The notes below the pieces were generated by a model that was not told the origin of the DNA, did no database searches, and saw only the letters and a list, made by a program, of their open reading frames with translations. A stretch of DNA of 64,000 nucleotides, from assembly GCA_964597675.1 (NCBI GenBank), contig CAZQYV010000003.1:12338-76337 (forward strand). The letters are read 5' to 3'. Source of the DNA: an uncultured Candidatus Saccharibacteria bacterium. Lineage in GTDB: Bacteria; Patescibacteriota; Minisyncoccia; Phycocordibacterales; DATDWN01. The position numbers and the translations under genes are program-made. Below are positions 29,349 to 38,125 of the stretch, piece by piece; position 1 is the stretch's first letter; the number at the start of each line of letters is the position of its first letter.

Positions 29349-31352
29349 ATGGTCAACCCGCCTCTAATCTGCTATACTTCCCAAGTGAAAACACATCAAA
29401 AGACCAAAAAAGAGGTTAAAAAGAAGCCGAAACCATACCAAGGAACAGTCAGTGTAAACGGACGAGGGGTTGGTTTTTTTCTCATTCAGGACACAGACAA
29501 AACACTTGAAATCCAGCCAGAAAACCTACTTCGAGCACTGCATGGCGATAGAGTAGAGGTTGAATCTTTACATAGAAAAATCAAAGATCGTGAGCAAGGT
29601 AAAGTCACAAAAGTAGTCAGCCGTTCTCGTGATGAATTTGTAGGCGTCATACAAAAAAATGATACAGGGACGATTCTTGTCCCTGATGATCGACGTCTCT
29701 ATGTTGATATTATTGTCGACCCAGCTTCTGCCCGAGATGTTCTACCCCAACAAAAAGTATTGGTTAAAATCACAAACTGGGGCGAAGGTGCAAAAAACCC
29801 AAGCGGAAAAGTTATTAAAGTAATCGGACATATCGGTGAAAACAATACCGAAATGGAATCAATCATTTTGGAAAAGGGTTTTCGCATTGAATTTCCAGAT
29901 GATGTAGAAGCAGAGGCACATGCGATCAAATCTACCTACGCGCAAAATAGTCTAGAGGAAATAAAAAACCGCCGTGATATGCGAGGAGTCACTACTATGA
30001 CTATTGATCCTGCTGATGCAAAAGATTTTGATGATGCAATATCATTCAAAAACCTTGGCAATGATTCCTACGAAATCGGTGTCCATATTGCAGATGTTTC
30101 GTATTTTGTAACACCAGGGAGTGCACTTGATCGTGAATCAGAAAAAAGAGGGCTATCTGTCTACTTGGTTGACCGTACCATTCCAATGCTTCCTGAAGTA
30201 TTGTCCAACGATCTCTGTTCACTCAACCCCAATGAGGACAAGCTGACCTTTTCTGCTGTATTTACAATTACTTCTACTGGCCAAATAACGGATACATGGT
30301 TTGGACGAACCGTAATCCATAGTGACAAACGCTTTACATACGAGGACGCCCAAAAAGTAATTGATGGAACACTCGATGGTCCATACCAAAATGAATTACG
30401 GACACTCAACCGTCTGGCAAAAATATTTGAAAAAGAGAAATTTAAAAATGGTGCAATTAATTTTGAGAGCGAAGAAGTTAAATTTGTACTCGATGATAAG
30501 GGTGTGCCACTCCGAGTCTATCGTAAACAACGCCTAGACACACATAAATTGGTAGAGGAATATATGCTCCTTGCCAATCGTGAAGTCGCAGAATTTGTCT
30601 TTCGATCACAAAATGAAAATGCTCGCAAAAAAGGGTCGCAATCCGTGTACCGTGTCCACAATACACCAGACAAAGAGCGTATCGAACAACTAGCAACATT
30701 TCTTAAAGCCCTCGGTTTTGATCTGCGCAACAACGAAGGTGAAGTAACATCGCGTGATATTGCCAAGCTTCTCCGTGAAGTGGAGGGTACACCAAACGAG
30801 GAACTGATTAAAACTGCGACAATCCGTAGTATGGCAAAGGCCACATATTCCACAAAAAACGTAGGCCATTTTGGACTTGCCTTTGAATACTACACGCACT
30901 TTACATCTCCGATTCGTCGATATCCCGACCTCCTCGTCCACCGATTTCTAGAGCGTGAATTAAAAGGTGGAGTGATAGAAAAAGACGAATATGCAAAATT
31001 TGAGCGAATTTGTGTCAGCGCAAGTGAGTCAGAAAAGCGAGCGTCCGATGCCGAACGTGCAAGTATCAAATACAAGCAAGTTGAATATATGCAAAAGCAT
31101 ATTGGCGAAACATTCCAAGGCACAATCACTGGTGTGACCGAATGGGGTGTCTATATAGAAGATAAAGAAACAAAATGTGAAGGTATGGCCGGACTGCGGA
31201 ATATGACTGATGACTTTTACCAATTAGATGAAAAAAATTACACACTCCGTGGTCAAAAAACCGGAAAGACGTTAACACTCGGTGACACCGTCACATTCAA
31301 AGTAGTCAGTGCTGATATGGAAAAACGAGTGTTGGATTACGCGTTGGTATAG
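29349..31352 (+). CDS. rnr: Ribonuclease R (RNB-family 3'-5' exoribonuclease)
   Basis: 667 aa; cold-shock/OB N-terminal region, RNB catalytic domain (..MTIDPADAKDFDDAIS..), C-terminal S1. Confidence 0.9.
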   Translation: MVNPPLICYTSQVKTHQKTKKEVKKKPKPYQGTVSVNGRGVGFFLIQDTDKTLEIQPENLLRALHGDRVEVESLHRKIKDREQGKVTKVVSRSRDEFVGVIQKNDTGTILVPDDRRLYVDIIVDPASARDVLPQQKVLVKITNWGEGAKNPSGKVIKVIGHIGENNTEMESIILEKGFRIEFPDDVEAEAHAIKSTYAQNSLEEIKNRRDMRGVTTMTIDPADAKDFDDAISFKNLGNDSYEIGVHIADVSYFVTPGSALDRESEKRGLSVYLVDRTIPMLPEVLSNDLCSLNPNEDKLTFSAVFTITSTGQITDTWFGRTVIHSDKRFTYEDAQKVIDGTLDGPYQNELRTLNRLAKIFEKEKFKNGAINFESEEVKFVLDDKGVPLRVYRKQRLDTHKLVEEYMLLANREVAEFVFRSQNENARKKGSQSVYRVHNTPDKERIEQLATFLKALGFDLRNNEGEVTSRDIAKLLREVEGTPNEELIKTATIRSMAKATYSTKNVGHFGLAFEYYTHFTSPIRRYPDLLVHRFLERELKGGVIEKDEYAKFERICVSASESEKRASDAERASIKYKQVEYMQKHIGETFQGTITGVTEWGVYIEDKETKCEGMAGLRNMTDDFYQLDEKNYTLRGQKTGKTLTLGDTVTFKVVSADMEKRVLDYALV

Positions 31353-31353
31353 A

Positions 31354-31380
31354 AAATCCAAGGGATACCCTTGGATTTTT
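31354..31380. terminator. rnr terminator (conserved TCCAAGGGATACCCTTGGA hairpin)
   Basis: AAAATCCAAGGGATACCCTTGGATTTTT; same core as the 13265-13297 hairpin. Confidence 0.8.
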
Positions 31381-31397
31381 AATTAGTATAAAAGAAT

Positions 31398-31428
31398 TGC
31401 CCGCGCGGCTTGGTAGCTCGCGCGGGCA
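31398..31428 (-). terminator. GC-rich terminator of orphan gene A
   Basis: TGCCCGCGCG-(12)-CGCGCGGGCA; minus-strand reading is followed by ATTCTTTTAT. Confidence 0.6.
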
Positions 31429-31433
31429 GATGT

Positions 31434-32183
31434 TCAAAGGCTTTTTTCTTGTTGAGCTTGAACACCAAGGATCTTATCAAGCTCTTTCCGAACAGAAAAA
31501 ACGTTATTACCAATAGCGTAAATTCGATAGTGAGGTCTATCATTCACCGTGTCTCTAAATGGAGCCCATTCCACCGCTTGGCCAGTGACTCTTCTAAGTT
31601 TTAGCACCAACCTTTCAAGGTTTTCCATATCCGTGTCGCCACGGATGGTGCGTACACAAGTATAATGATTAACCATGTACGCGTAATCGGTATAGGGTAG
31701 GAACGGATAACGGTCCAAGCCATTTTCCTTAACCCACTTATTCACTTTTCGTACAAACGAGTTGATGAATTGTGTCGGGTGTTCAACTCCATCAACTTGG
31801 TTAATTACATACCGCACTTTTTGCAAATCTCCGTCTTGAAATATGACAGAAACCACAAATGCCGAGGGTGACTCTTTCGCTAGAAATCTTCCCAGTTCTC
31901 GAGCCAAAGAGGGCAACATCCATGTGTCTTCTTCAAAGACGTTAAAATGGTTTTTCTCTCTGTCGGCAGTGTACTGGAATTTAGTGTTATATCCAGGTGT
32001 AACGCCCCCATGTGAGCCAGTGAATGTAACGACTTCAAAATCTCGGCCATGATCCGATTTGTTTTGAAGTTTGGTGTCCAAAACTAATCGCAGGCATAAG
32101 TGCTCGCAACTGTAGAAGTGACCGAGGTCTCCGAGTGGATTCAGATCCCAATCGAGATCTCCAATGTTTGCAATTCTTGGCAT
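31434..32183 (-). CDS. Orphan protein A, no recognisable domain, compositionally atypical (about 47-53% GC)
   Basis: 249 aa uninterrupted ORF with its own GC-rich terminator and a 250 nt upstream intergenic region; GC clearly above the 38% flanks; no motif I can assign. Confidence 0.55.
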   Translation of the reverse strand: MPRIANIGDLDWDLNPLGDLGHFYSCEHLCLRLVLDTKLQNKSDHGRDFEVVTFTGSHGGVTPGYNTKFQYTADREKNHFNVFEEDTWMLPSLARELGRFLAKESPSAFVVSVIFQDGDLQKVRYVINQVDGVEHPTQFINSFVRKVNKWVKENGLDRYPFLPYTDYAYMVNHYTCVRTIRGDTDMENLERLVLKLRRVTGQAVEWAPFRDTVNDRPHYRIYAIGNNVFSVRKELDKILGVQAQQEKSL

Positions 32184-32434
32184 ATCAAAGTTCTCCTGTT
32201 CTGTCCGTTTTGTGGACTGAAAGTAAGTATGTTTAAAGAGCTCTCCAGCTCAATTTTTCCCTCACTAATATAACCACTAACTATTTAAAAAGTCAATGAT
32301 TCCACTGAATTAAAGCTCTGAGGATTTTTGTTTGATATCAAGGCGAAATTGGAAAAATCGAGAAGCCATACTTAGTAGTATGGTGACGAGTATTTTTTCA
32401 ATTTCAACGCAGAGAGCGAACAAAAAGACCGGAG

Positions 32435-34690
32435 CTACTTCGCTACTGCCACAGCCTGGTCAAAAGCAACTGACAATAATTTCGATCCCCCACCCATGCC
32501 CATTGTTACTCCGTAAAGCACTCCTGCGCGAGACATAGTTTCTCGGTTGTGCGTAATTACGATAAGCTGAGAATATTTTGAAAGATTTTCAATCATATCT
32601 GCATATTTTTTTGAATTTGCCTCATCGAGCGCTGCATCCGTTTCGTCGAGAATAATAAATGGAGGTGGATTGACTTGAGAGATTGCAAACAAAAGTGCAA
32701 TACTAGTGAGAGCCCTCTCTCCACCAGAGAGCATCATAAGCCCCTTTACCTTTTTCTGTGGCAAGACAACATCAATATCAATCCCCTCATCTGTCTCCTC
32801 TTCCTCCACAATCTCGCCATCATTTTCATTACCCAGCAATTCAGATACATCAGTATCTTTTTTCTTGCGTTTTGGAGGTGTCACTAATGAAAGTTCTGCA
32901 TTACCGCCACCAAACATAAGTGCAAAATATTCCTTGAATTGCGCGTTTATTTTTTCTATGCCGTTTTTAAATTCAGTCGAAAGACGAGTATCGAGGTCCC
33001 TGATAAGTTCAGTCAGAGATTCTGCTGAATTTTGTAAATCTGCCAGCTCTTTCTCCAAAAACAAATCTCGCTCGTTTGCTTCTGTATATTCTTTCATCAC
33101 ATCAGCACCACCAATGCCACCCGCATCCTCGAGTCTAATTTTAATTTTTTCAATCGAATGACGACGCTCCGTCTGATTTTCTCGTGGCTCATTGTAGTCA
33201 AATGCTAGATGTTCATATTTGAGTACACTCGTACCAAGCATCATTCCTAATTCTGTCATCTCTCGCTTGAAATCTTCTGTAATAATCCGCAGTGTCTCTT
33301 CTTCTGCATGTAAAGTATGCAACTGGGATCGCACTTCTTGTTCTTCTGCCATAATCCGAAAAAGTGCTTTCTCTGCATCACGATTAGAATCCTTTTCTTT
33401 ATTGATTGTATCTTGTAGCACGGCATACTGGCCAGATAGTGCTTTTTCAGTCGCAACAATCGCATCTACTGTCCGTGCGCCATCTTCTTTTTTATGTCGC
33501 AAATCCTCGAGATCTTTTTGTGCATCTGCCAAAAGTGATGTATCAACTTTATCTTTATTATCATCAATAAAATTCAACAAAAGTCTGCCTACTTCATCAA
33601 GTGAAGCGAGAATTCCCTCTACATCACTCAACCCTTTTGCATGTGCAATTTTTTCCTCGATTTGTTTTTGAATCGCCTCAACAGAGACAAGTGTGACGGT
33701 CTTGTGCAAATACGAGCTCGCAAGCTCTTCTTGCTTTTTGATCATGCGGGAAAGTGACATGATCTCACCATCGAGCTGGCCAGACTCCCGTAACAGTGCA
33801 TCCTTTTTCGCCCGCACTTCATGTAATTCTTTTTCAAGCAACATGAGCGAATCGGACATGCTATCTCGATGCTGTGCGTGTGCCAAAATCTCTTTTGCTT
33901 CGGCAAGCTCCTGTGTCAGACGCTTTTCCTGCACTTCGAGGGGATGTCGTCTTTCCTTTAGACGCCCACTAGTCTGTTTAATATATTCATCTTCACGTTT
34001 TAAATACTCGCGTGCCTTTTCTGCAAGCTCTTCTTTCATATGGAGTGTCTTCTCAACCTTTTCAACTTGTTTTTTTAGAAAACGAATATGTGGTGCAATC
34101 TCTCGACGGAGTGATTCCACACTACCAATATTTTCCCGTGTTTTCGCCAACTTCTTTTCACTCTCTTGTTTTTTGTATTGATACAACTTCAAACCAAGTG
34201 CGTCTTCTACCATCGTTTTACGTTCTTTGATACTTGCGTTAAGTATTCGATCGGCCTCTCCTTGAGAAATAATATGATGACCAGATGCGCCAATATGTGC
34301 AGATGCGAGTAACTCTACAATATCTTTGAGACGTACCTGTGAACCATTGATGAGGTATTCATTGACCGAATCACGATGTACCAATCGTTCGATAGTGACT
34401 GTCTCAAAATCTACTGGAAATATTTTTGTACTGTTATCAAAAACCACTTTGACACTTGCTCGGTTTGCTCGTGGCAAATCCCCGGCACCATTAAAAATCA
34501 TATCTTCACTCTTTTTGCCACGAAGTGATTTGATAGATTGCTCACCTAATACAAAACGAAAGGCCTCGGCAACATTTGATTTACCTGATCCGTTTGGTCC
34601 GACAATAGCAGTGACATTTGACGAAAAAGAAAGCTCGCTCTTTTTGGCAAAACTCTTGAAACCAGAAAGTTCGATGGACTTGAGATACAT
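32435..34690 (-). CDS. smc: SMC-family chromosome-segregation ATPase, unusually short
   Basis: 751 aa. N-terminal head YLKSIELSGFKSF..IVGPNGSGKSN..FVLGEQSIKSLRG. C-terminal signature LSGGERALTSIAL and Walker B ILDETDAALD. Long coiled coils present, but total length is about 60% of canonical SMC. Confidence 0.8.
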   Translation of the reverse strand: MYLKSIELSGFKSFAKKSELSFSSNVTAIVGPNGSGKSNVAEAFRFVLGEQSIKSLRGKKSEDMIFNGAGDLPRANRASVKVVFDNSTKIFPVDFETVTIERLVHRDSVNEYLINGSQVRLKDIVELLASAHIGASGHHIISQGEADRILNASIKERKTMVEDALGLKLYQYKKQESEKKLAKTRENIGSVESLRREIAPHIRFLKKQVEKVEKTLHMKEELAEKAREYLKREDEYIKQTSGRLKERRHPLEVQEKRLTQELAEAKEILAHAQHRDSMSDSLMLLEKELHEVRAKKDALLRESGQLDGEIMSLSRMIKKQEELASSYLHKTVTLVSVEAIQKQIEEKIAHAKGLSDVEGILASLDEVGRLLLNFIDDNKDKVDTSLLADAQKDLEDLRHKKEDGARTVDAIVATEKALSGQYAVLQDTINKEKDSNRDAEKALFRIMAEEQEVRSQLHTLHAEEETLRIITEDFKREMTELGMMLGTSVLKYEHLAFDYNEPRENQTERRHSIEKIKIRLEDAGGIGGADVMKEYTEANERDLFLEKELADLQNSAESLTELIRDLDTRLSTEFKNGIEKINAQFKEYFALMFGGGNAELSLVTPPKRKKKDTDVSELLGNENDGEIVEEEETDEGIDIDVVLPQKKVKGLMMLSGGERALTSIALLFAISQVNPPPFIILDETDAALDEANSKKYADMIENLSKYSQLIVITHNRETMSRAGVLYGVTMGMGGGSKLLSVAFDQAVAVAK

Positions 34691-34769
34691 ATTATTTAGT
34701 ATACCAAATTTTGTTGAAAATAATTAATACAATCTTGACAGTATAAAAATAGAGTATAATATTAAACGT

Positions 34770-35012
34770 AGAGCTTGTTGGAATAAAGAAAACTCGATTC
34801 CTACAGCGAACATGCAAGGTACCTTGGGTCCGTTTTTCGCAAATAAACAGGAACAGCCAAAACCTTCGCAGCTTCAGATGTGAGGGGGTTATTGGGCCCT
34901 ATAGGGTTCCAAAAGTTAGGTGGCTAGAGAGATGAGCATCTTCCACCTTGGGCTAAACCGTAAATCAGGCTCTGTCCATAGGGCACCTATCCCAAGAGGT
35001 GCCCTTTATTTA
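34770..35012 (+). ncRNA. Candidate small RNA (promoter-to-terminator unit without an ORF)
   Basis: TTGACA (34736-41) with TAATAT -10 about 16 nt downstream. About 240 nt region ends in GGGCACC-tatcccaaga-GGTGCCC plus TTTATTTATT (34982-35012). Both flanking genes are on the minus strand, and there is no ORF of 30 aa or longer with a ribosome-binding site. Confidence 0.3.
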
Positions 35013-35025
35013 TTACTAAAATCTC

Positions 35026-35721
35026 CTAGTTCCAACCCCTAGCAGATAGAGCTGCGCGGGCCGCCGCCTGTTCAGCATCTTGTTTCGAATCACCTTCGCC
35101 TGTTGCAACTAATTCTTTACCAACATAGACACCGACAGTAAATTTCTTTTCGTGGTCTGGTCCAGATTCCTTGATTGTTTTGTATGACGGCGTAACCCCA
35201 TCAAATTCCTGTGCTTTTTCTTGAAATAGACTCTTGCTATCAATCCATGTTCGTTCAGAAATAATACCATCAATAAGAGGGGTAAATTCTGTCTCAATAA
35301 ATTTCTTTGCAGACTCGTAGCCAAGGTCAAGATAAATAGCACCAATAAAGGCTTCGAGTGTGTTTGCCAAAATATATTGTCGCGCACGGCCCATATCCTT
35401 ACTTTCACCTTTTGAAAGGAGAAGATATTCATTCATACCAAGTCGTGTTGCAATGTCTGAACAAGTGGTTGCGTTCACAAGAGCAGAACGGTACGCAGTC
35501 AAATCACCCTCCGCTTTATCTGGATATTTTGCAAAAAGAAAATCAGTAATCACAAGCTCAAGTACCGCATCGCCCAAAAATTCCAATCGTTCGTTGTGTG
35601 AAAGTCCAGACTGTTTGTTCTCGTTTATATATGAGCGGTGTACAAACGCCTGACGCAAAAGACCTTGATCGTTAAAATCAAGTCCTAATTTTTCCTGAAA
35701 TACTGTAAAATCCTTATCCAT
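35026..35721 (-). CDS. rnc: Ribonuclease III
   Basis: 231 aa; RNase III signature ..ERLEFLGDAVLELVITDFLF..; C-terminal dsRBD. Confidence 0.9.
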   Translation of the reverse strand: MDKDFTVFQEKLGLDFNDQGLLRQAFVHRSYINENKQSGLSHNERLEFLGDAVLELVITDFLFAKYPDKAEGDLTAYRSALVNATTCSDIATRLGMNEYLLLSKGESKDMGRARQYILANTLEAFIGAIYLDLGYESAKKFIETEFTPLIDGIISERTWIDSKSLFQEKAQEFDGVTPSYKTIKESGPDHEKKFTVGVYVGKELVATGEGDSKQDAEQAAARAALSARGWN

Positions 35722-35777
35722 AGAATTGCGAGATCTTAGCCTTTAAAAAATGTCCTCGTTTTTTGTCAGATGAAGCA

Positions 35778-35872
35778 CATTTTTTTCTGCCTTCCGCGGA
35801 CTCCCTACGGTCGCCCCTACGGGGCACGCGCTCACGGCTAGAAAAAACTGTTGTCATCTGAAACAAAAACCT
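35778..35872. repeat. Long-hairpin intergenic element related to family A (upstream of rnc)
   Basis: TTTTGTCAGATGAAG...CTTCCGCGGACTCCCTACGGTCGCCCCTACGGGGCACGCGCTCACGGCTAG...TGTCATCTGAAACAAAA; outer 10-bp inverted repeat; internal GG(G)GCACGCG..CTAG block shared with family A. Confidence 0.5.
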
Positions 35873-35925
35873 GCGAATATTTTTTAAAGATTAAGATCTC
35901 TCCAGACGTCAAAAATGCCCTCCTC

Positions 35926-36819
35926 CTACTTCTTTAAAAGAATATTCACTGCTTTTGTGACTAACGGCAATATATCATTGTAAAAGTTCAAGTCAAGTAT
36001 ATCCCCCATCTTAAACCATTTTGCATCATCAAGCCCGCCAGTCTCTTTTAGTTTGATTTCAACAAATGGTGCTTCAACAAGGTAGTACGTCACATTTTTA
36101 CGAATCTTGCCTTTCTCTGGATGATATGTGACATATTCATTTGCACCAAGTTTTTCTTTGACTTCAACTGGCAGTGCAATTTCATCGCTAATCACCTTGG
36201 CAACTTCCTTGTCCGGTTCTGTGCCTTCGATATGACCTTTGGACAATGTCCATCTGCCAAAAACATCATGGACCAGTGCGAGGTACACATCGTCACCTTC
36301 TCGAGCATAGACAACCGCACCGGCAAGATATTCGACAGGAATATTTACAGGGTTTGCATCTCTATTTTTTTTGTCTTTGCTTGTCTCGTCTTTGCCCGGC
36401 TCGCCTAGCTCTTTGTAGACTGCACCGAGCACCCCGTTGACAAATTTACTTGATGTCTCTCCACCGAATGTTTTTGACAACTCGATTGCTTCGTTGATTG
36501 CAACTTTGGGTGGAACTTGTGAGCGGTCAGCAAACAAAAGCTCATACAAGCCAATACGCAAAATATTGCGATCAATGACACTGATTTTATCTATTGGCCA
36601 GTCTGGAGCGGCTTTTTCAATAATCAAATCGAGATCTTTTTGTTTATCTACAACACCCTTGAGGAGTGTCTCCATGAAAGAGACATCCCCCATACCCGGA
36701 GCAAATTCGGTTACATTGCGTGCAAAAATCACCATTGCGTCAGCAGTACTTCGATGGTTGAAATCCCACTCGAAGAGAGATTGTAAGACGATAGATCTTG
36801 AAAGGTGCCTATTTGCCAT
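35926..36819 (-). CDS. nusB: NusB antitermination factor fused to a C-terminal Nudix-like domain
   Basis: 297 aa. Residues 1-140 match NusB (..DRNILRIGLYELLF.., ..VAINEAIELSKTFGGETSSKFVNGVL..). Residues about 160-297 have the Nudix fold pattern (AGAVVYAR..VYLALVH..G.W.L.KGHIEGTE) but a degenerate Nudix box (REx2EE replaced by VIx2EI). Confidence 0.7.
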   Translation of the reverse strand: MANRHLSRSIVLQSLFEWDFNHRSTADAMVIFARNVTEFAPGMGDVSFMETLLKGVVDKQKDLDLIIEKAAPDWPIDKISVIDRNILRIGLYELLFADRSQVPPKVAINEAIELSKTFGGETSSKFVNGVLGAVYKELGEPGKDETSKDKKNRDANPVNIPVEYLAGAVVYAREGDDVYLALVHDVFGRWTLSKGHIEGTEPDKEVAKVISDEIALPVEVKEKLGANEYVTYHPEKGKIRKNVTYYLVEAPFVEIKLKETGGLDDAKWFKMGDILDLNFYNDILPLVTKAVNILLKK

Positions 36820-36873
36820 TTGTTTTAGTATACCAATCTGTCAAGAAAGACACAAACATGATTGTGGAAGAGT

Positions 36874-36895
36874 AACGAGACAACCACCATCTCTG
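36874..36895 (-). terminator. rpmF terminator
   Basis: CAACCACC-agagat-GGTGGTTG hairpin immediately after the rpmF stop (minus strand). Confidence 0.5.
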
Positions 36896-36902
36896 GTGGT
36901 TG

Positions 36903-37130
36903 TTATCGTCCTTCTTTTTTACTTGCCTGCGCTTTTTTTGAACGCTTTGCAATTTTTGCTTGTACATCAATCACTGTACGGCCTTTGTATTGACCTGTCA
37001 CAAGTGATGCTCTGTGTCGCAAATGTGGAACGTTTGTATTTTTGTCCAGAGTAACTGCGGGATTAGACAGTCTGTGATGAGACCGTGTGTTTCCTCGCTG
37101 GCTTCTGGTGTGTCGCATTCGTACTACCAT
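36903..37130 (-). CDS. rpmF: 50S ribosomal protein L32
   Basis: ..TRSHHRLSNPAVTLDKNTNVPHLRHRASLVTGQYKGRTV.. matches L32 (..RRSHHAL..P.L....G...L.HR....G.Y.GR.V); true start may be the 5th codon (MRHTRSQ, 37118). Confidence 0.8.
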   Translation of the reverse strand: MVVRMRHTRSQRGNTRSHHRLSNPAVTLDKNTNVPHLRHRASLVTGQYKGRTVIDVQAKIAKRSKKAQASKKEGR

Positions 37131-37165
37131 AATGCTGGATATAGTACACTACTTGTCACAATAAA

Positions 37166-37777
37166 TCAACTCCTAACACAGTTTTTACAAAAACTGATCC
37201 GATGGACTGCCGATAGTCCATGTTTAGCTATCATCTGGCGATGCATCCGTGTCCCATACCCCTTATGAATACCAAAACCATATGTGGGATATTTTTTGTG
37301 CAGGCGAGTCATAATCCTATCGCGAGAGACCTTGGCAAGAATTGACGCCCATGCAATTATTCTCTCTTTTTCGTCACCTTTTATAATTGTTTTTTGACTC
37401 TTAAACTCACTCGGCGCCCGCAACCCGCCATCAAGCAAAACTGCATAGTCAGCGCGTCTATCCAAGGGCATCCCTTGGACAAGTTTGTTCAGGGATTTCT
37501 TGATTGCAATTTTTATACACATGCTTATTCCTAACCGATCAATTTGTTTATTCGAAAGATGAACAACCACATAAGGTAACCCTATGTGGTTGAGATACAT
37601 AAAATAGGTTTGGCGCTGTATAGAAGAAAGTTTTTTGCTATCTTTACCAAGCGGTGGCAGGTGCCAGTCTCGCCCAAGTTTCGTGTACAATTTTTTCTCA
37701 CACAAGACCGCGCAGACTGTCACTGGCCCCGCCAATGGGCCTCGCCCAACTTCATCAATACCAATGACGTATTTCAT
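37166..37777 (-). CDS. rnhB: Ribonuclease HII
   Basis: 203 aa; IGIDEVGRGPLAGPV N-terminal DE motif; RNase HII fold. Confidence 0.9.
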   Translation of the reverse strand: MKYVIGIDEVGRGPLAGPVTVCAVLCEKKLYTKLGRDWHLPPLGKDSKKLSSIQRQTYFMYLNHIGLPYVVVHLSNKQIDRLGISMCIKIAIKKSLNKLVQGMPLDRRADYAVLLDGGLRAPSEFKSQKTIIKGDEKERIIAWASILAKVSRDRIMTRLHKKYPTYGFGIHKGYGTRMHRQMIAKHGLSAVHRISFCKNCVRS

Positions 37778-37839
37778 AACGATATTTTAGCATAAAAGAA
37801 AAGCTCCCTTGTCTGGAGAACAGGAAGCTCTATCACTGT

Positions 37840-38085
37840 CTATTCTACCGTGTATGTAATGATGCGAATCAGTAAAAAATTATGATCTTGTTTCTCAATT
37901 CTATCTTGGAGAAAGTGAATCTTGGCTGACTCACCTACCTCTCGAGACAAAAAAGAGTTGACCTCTGAATCTAGTGCTTTATAAGCTCCACTGATTGGAT
38001 AATTATCATTTATCTTTACAACAAAAGTTTTTACTTTCATAAATATCTCCCACAATAATAGTAAACAATAATTGCTTATTGTCAA
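37840..38085 (-). CDS. Small hypothetical protein
   Basis: 81 aa ORF (likely start MKVKTFVVKIN..); no motif; would be divergent from dnaE (real dnaE start 38126). Confidence 0.25.
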   Translation of the reverse strand: MTISNYCLLLLWEIFMKVKTFVVKINDNYPISGAYKALDSEVNSFLSREVGESAKIHFLQDRIEKQDHNFLLIRIITYTVE

Positions 38086-38125
38086 TCAGAAAATGCTAAC
38101 AAAAAAATGCTACAATAACCACGAT

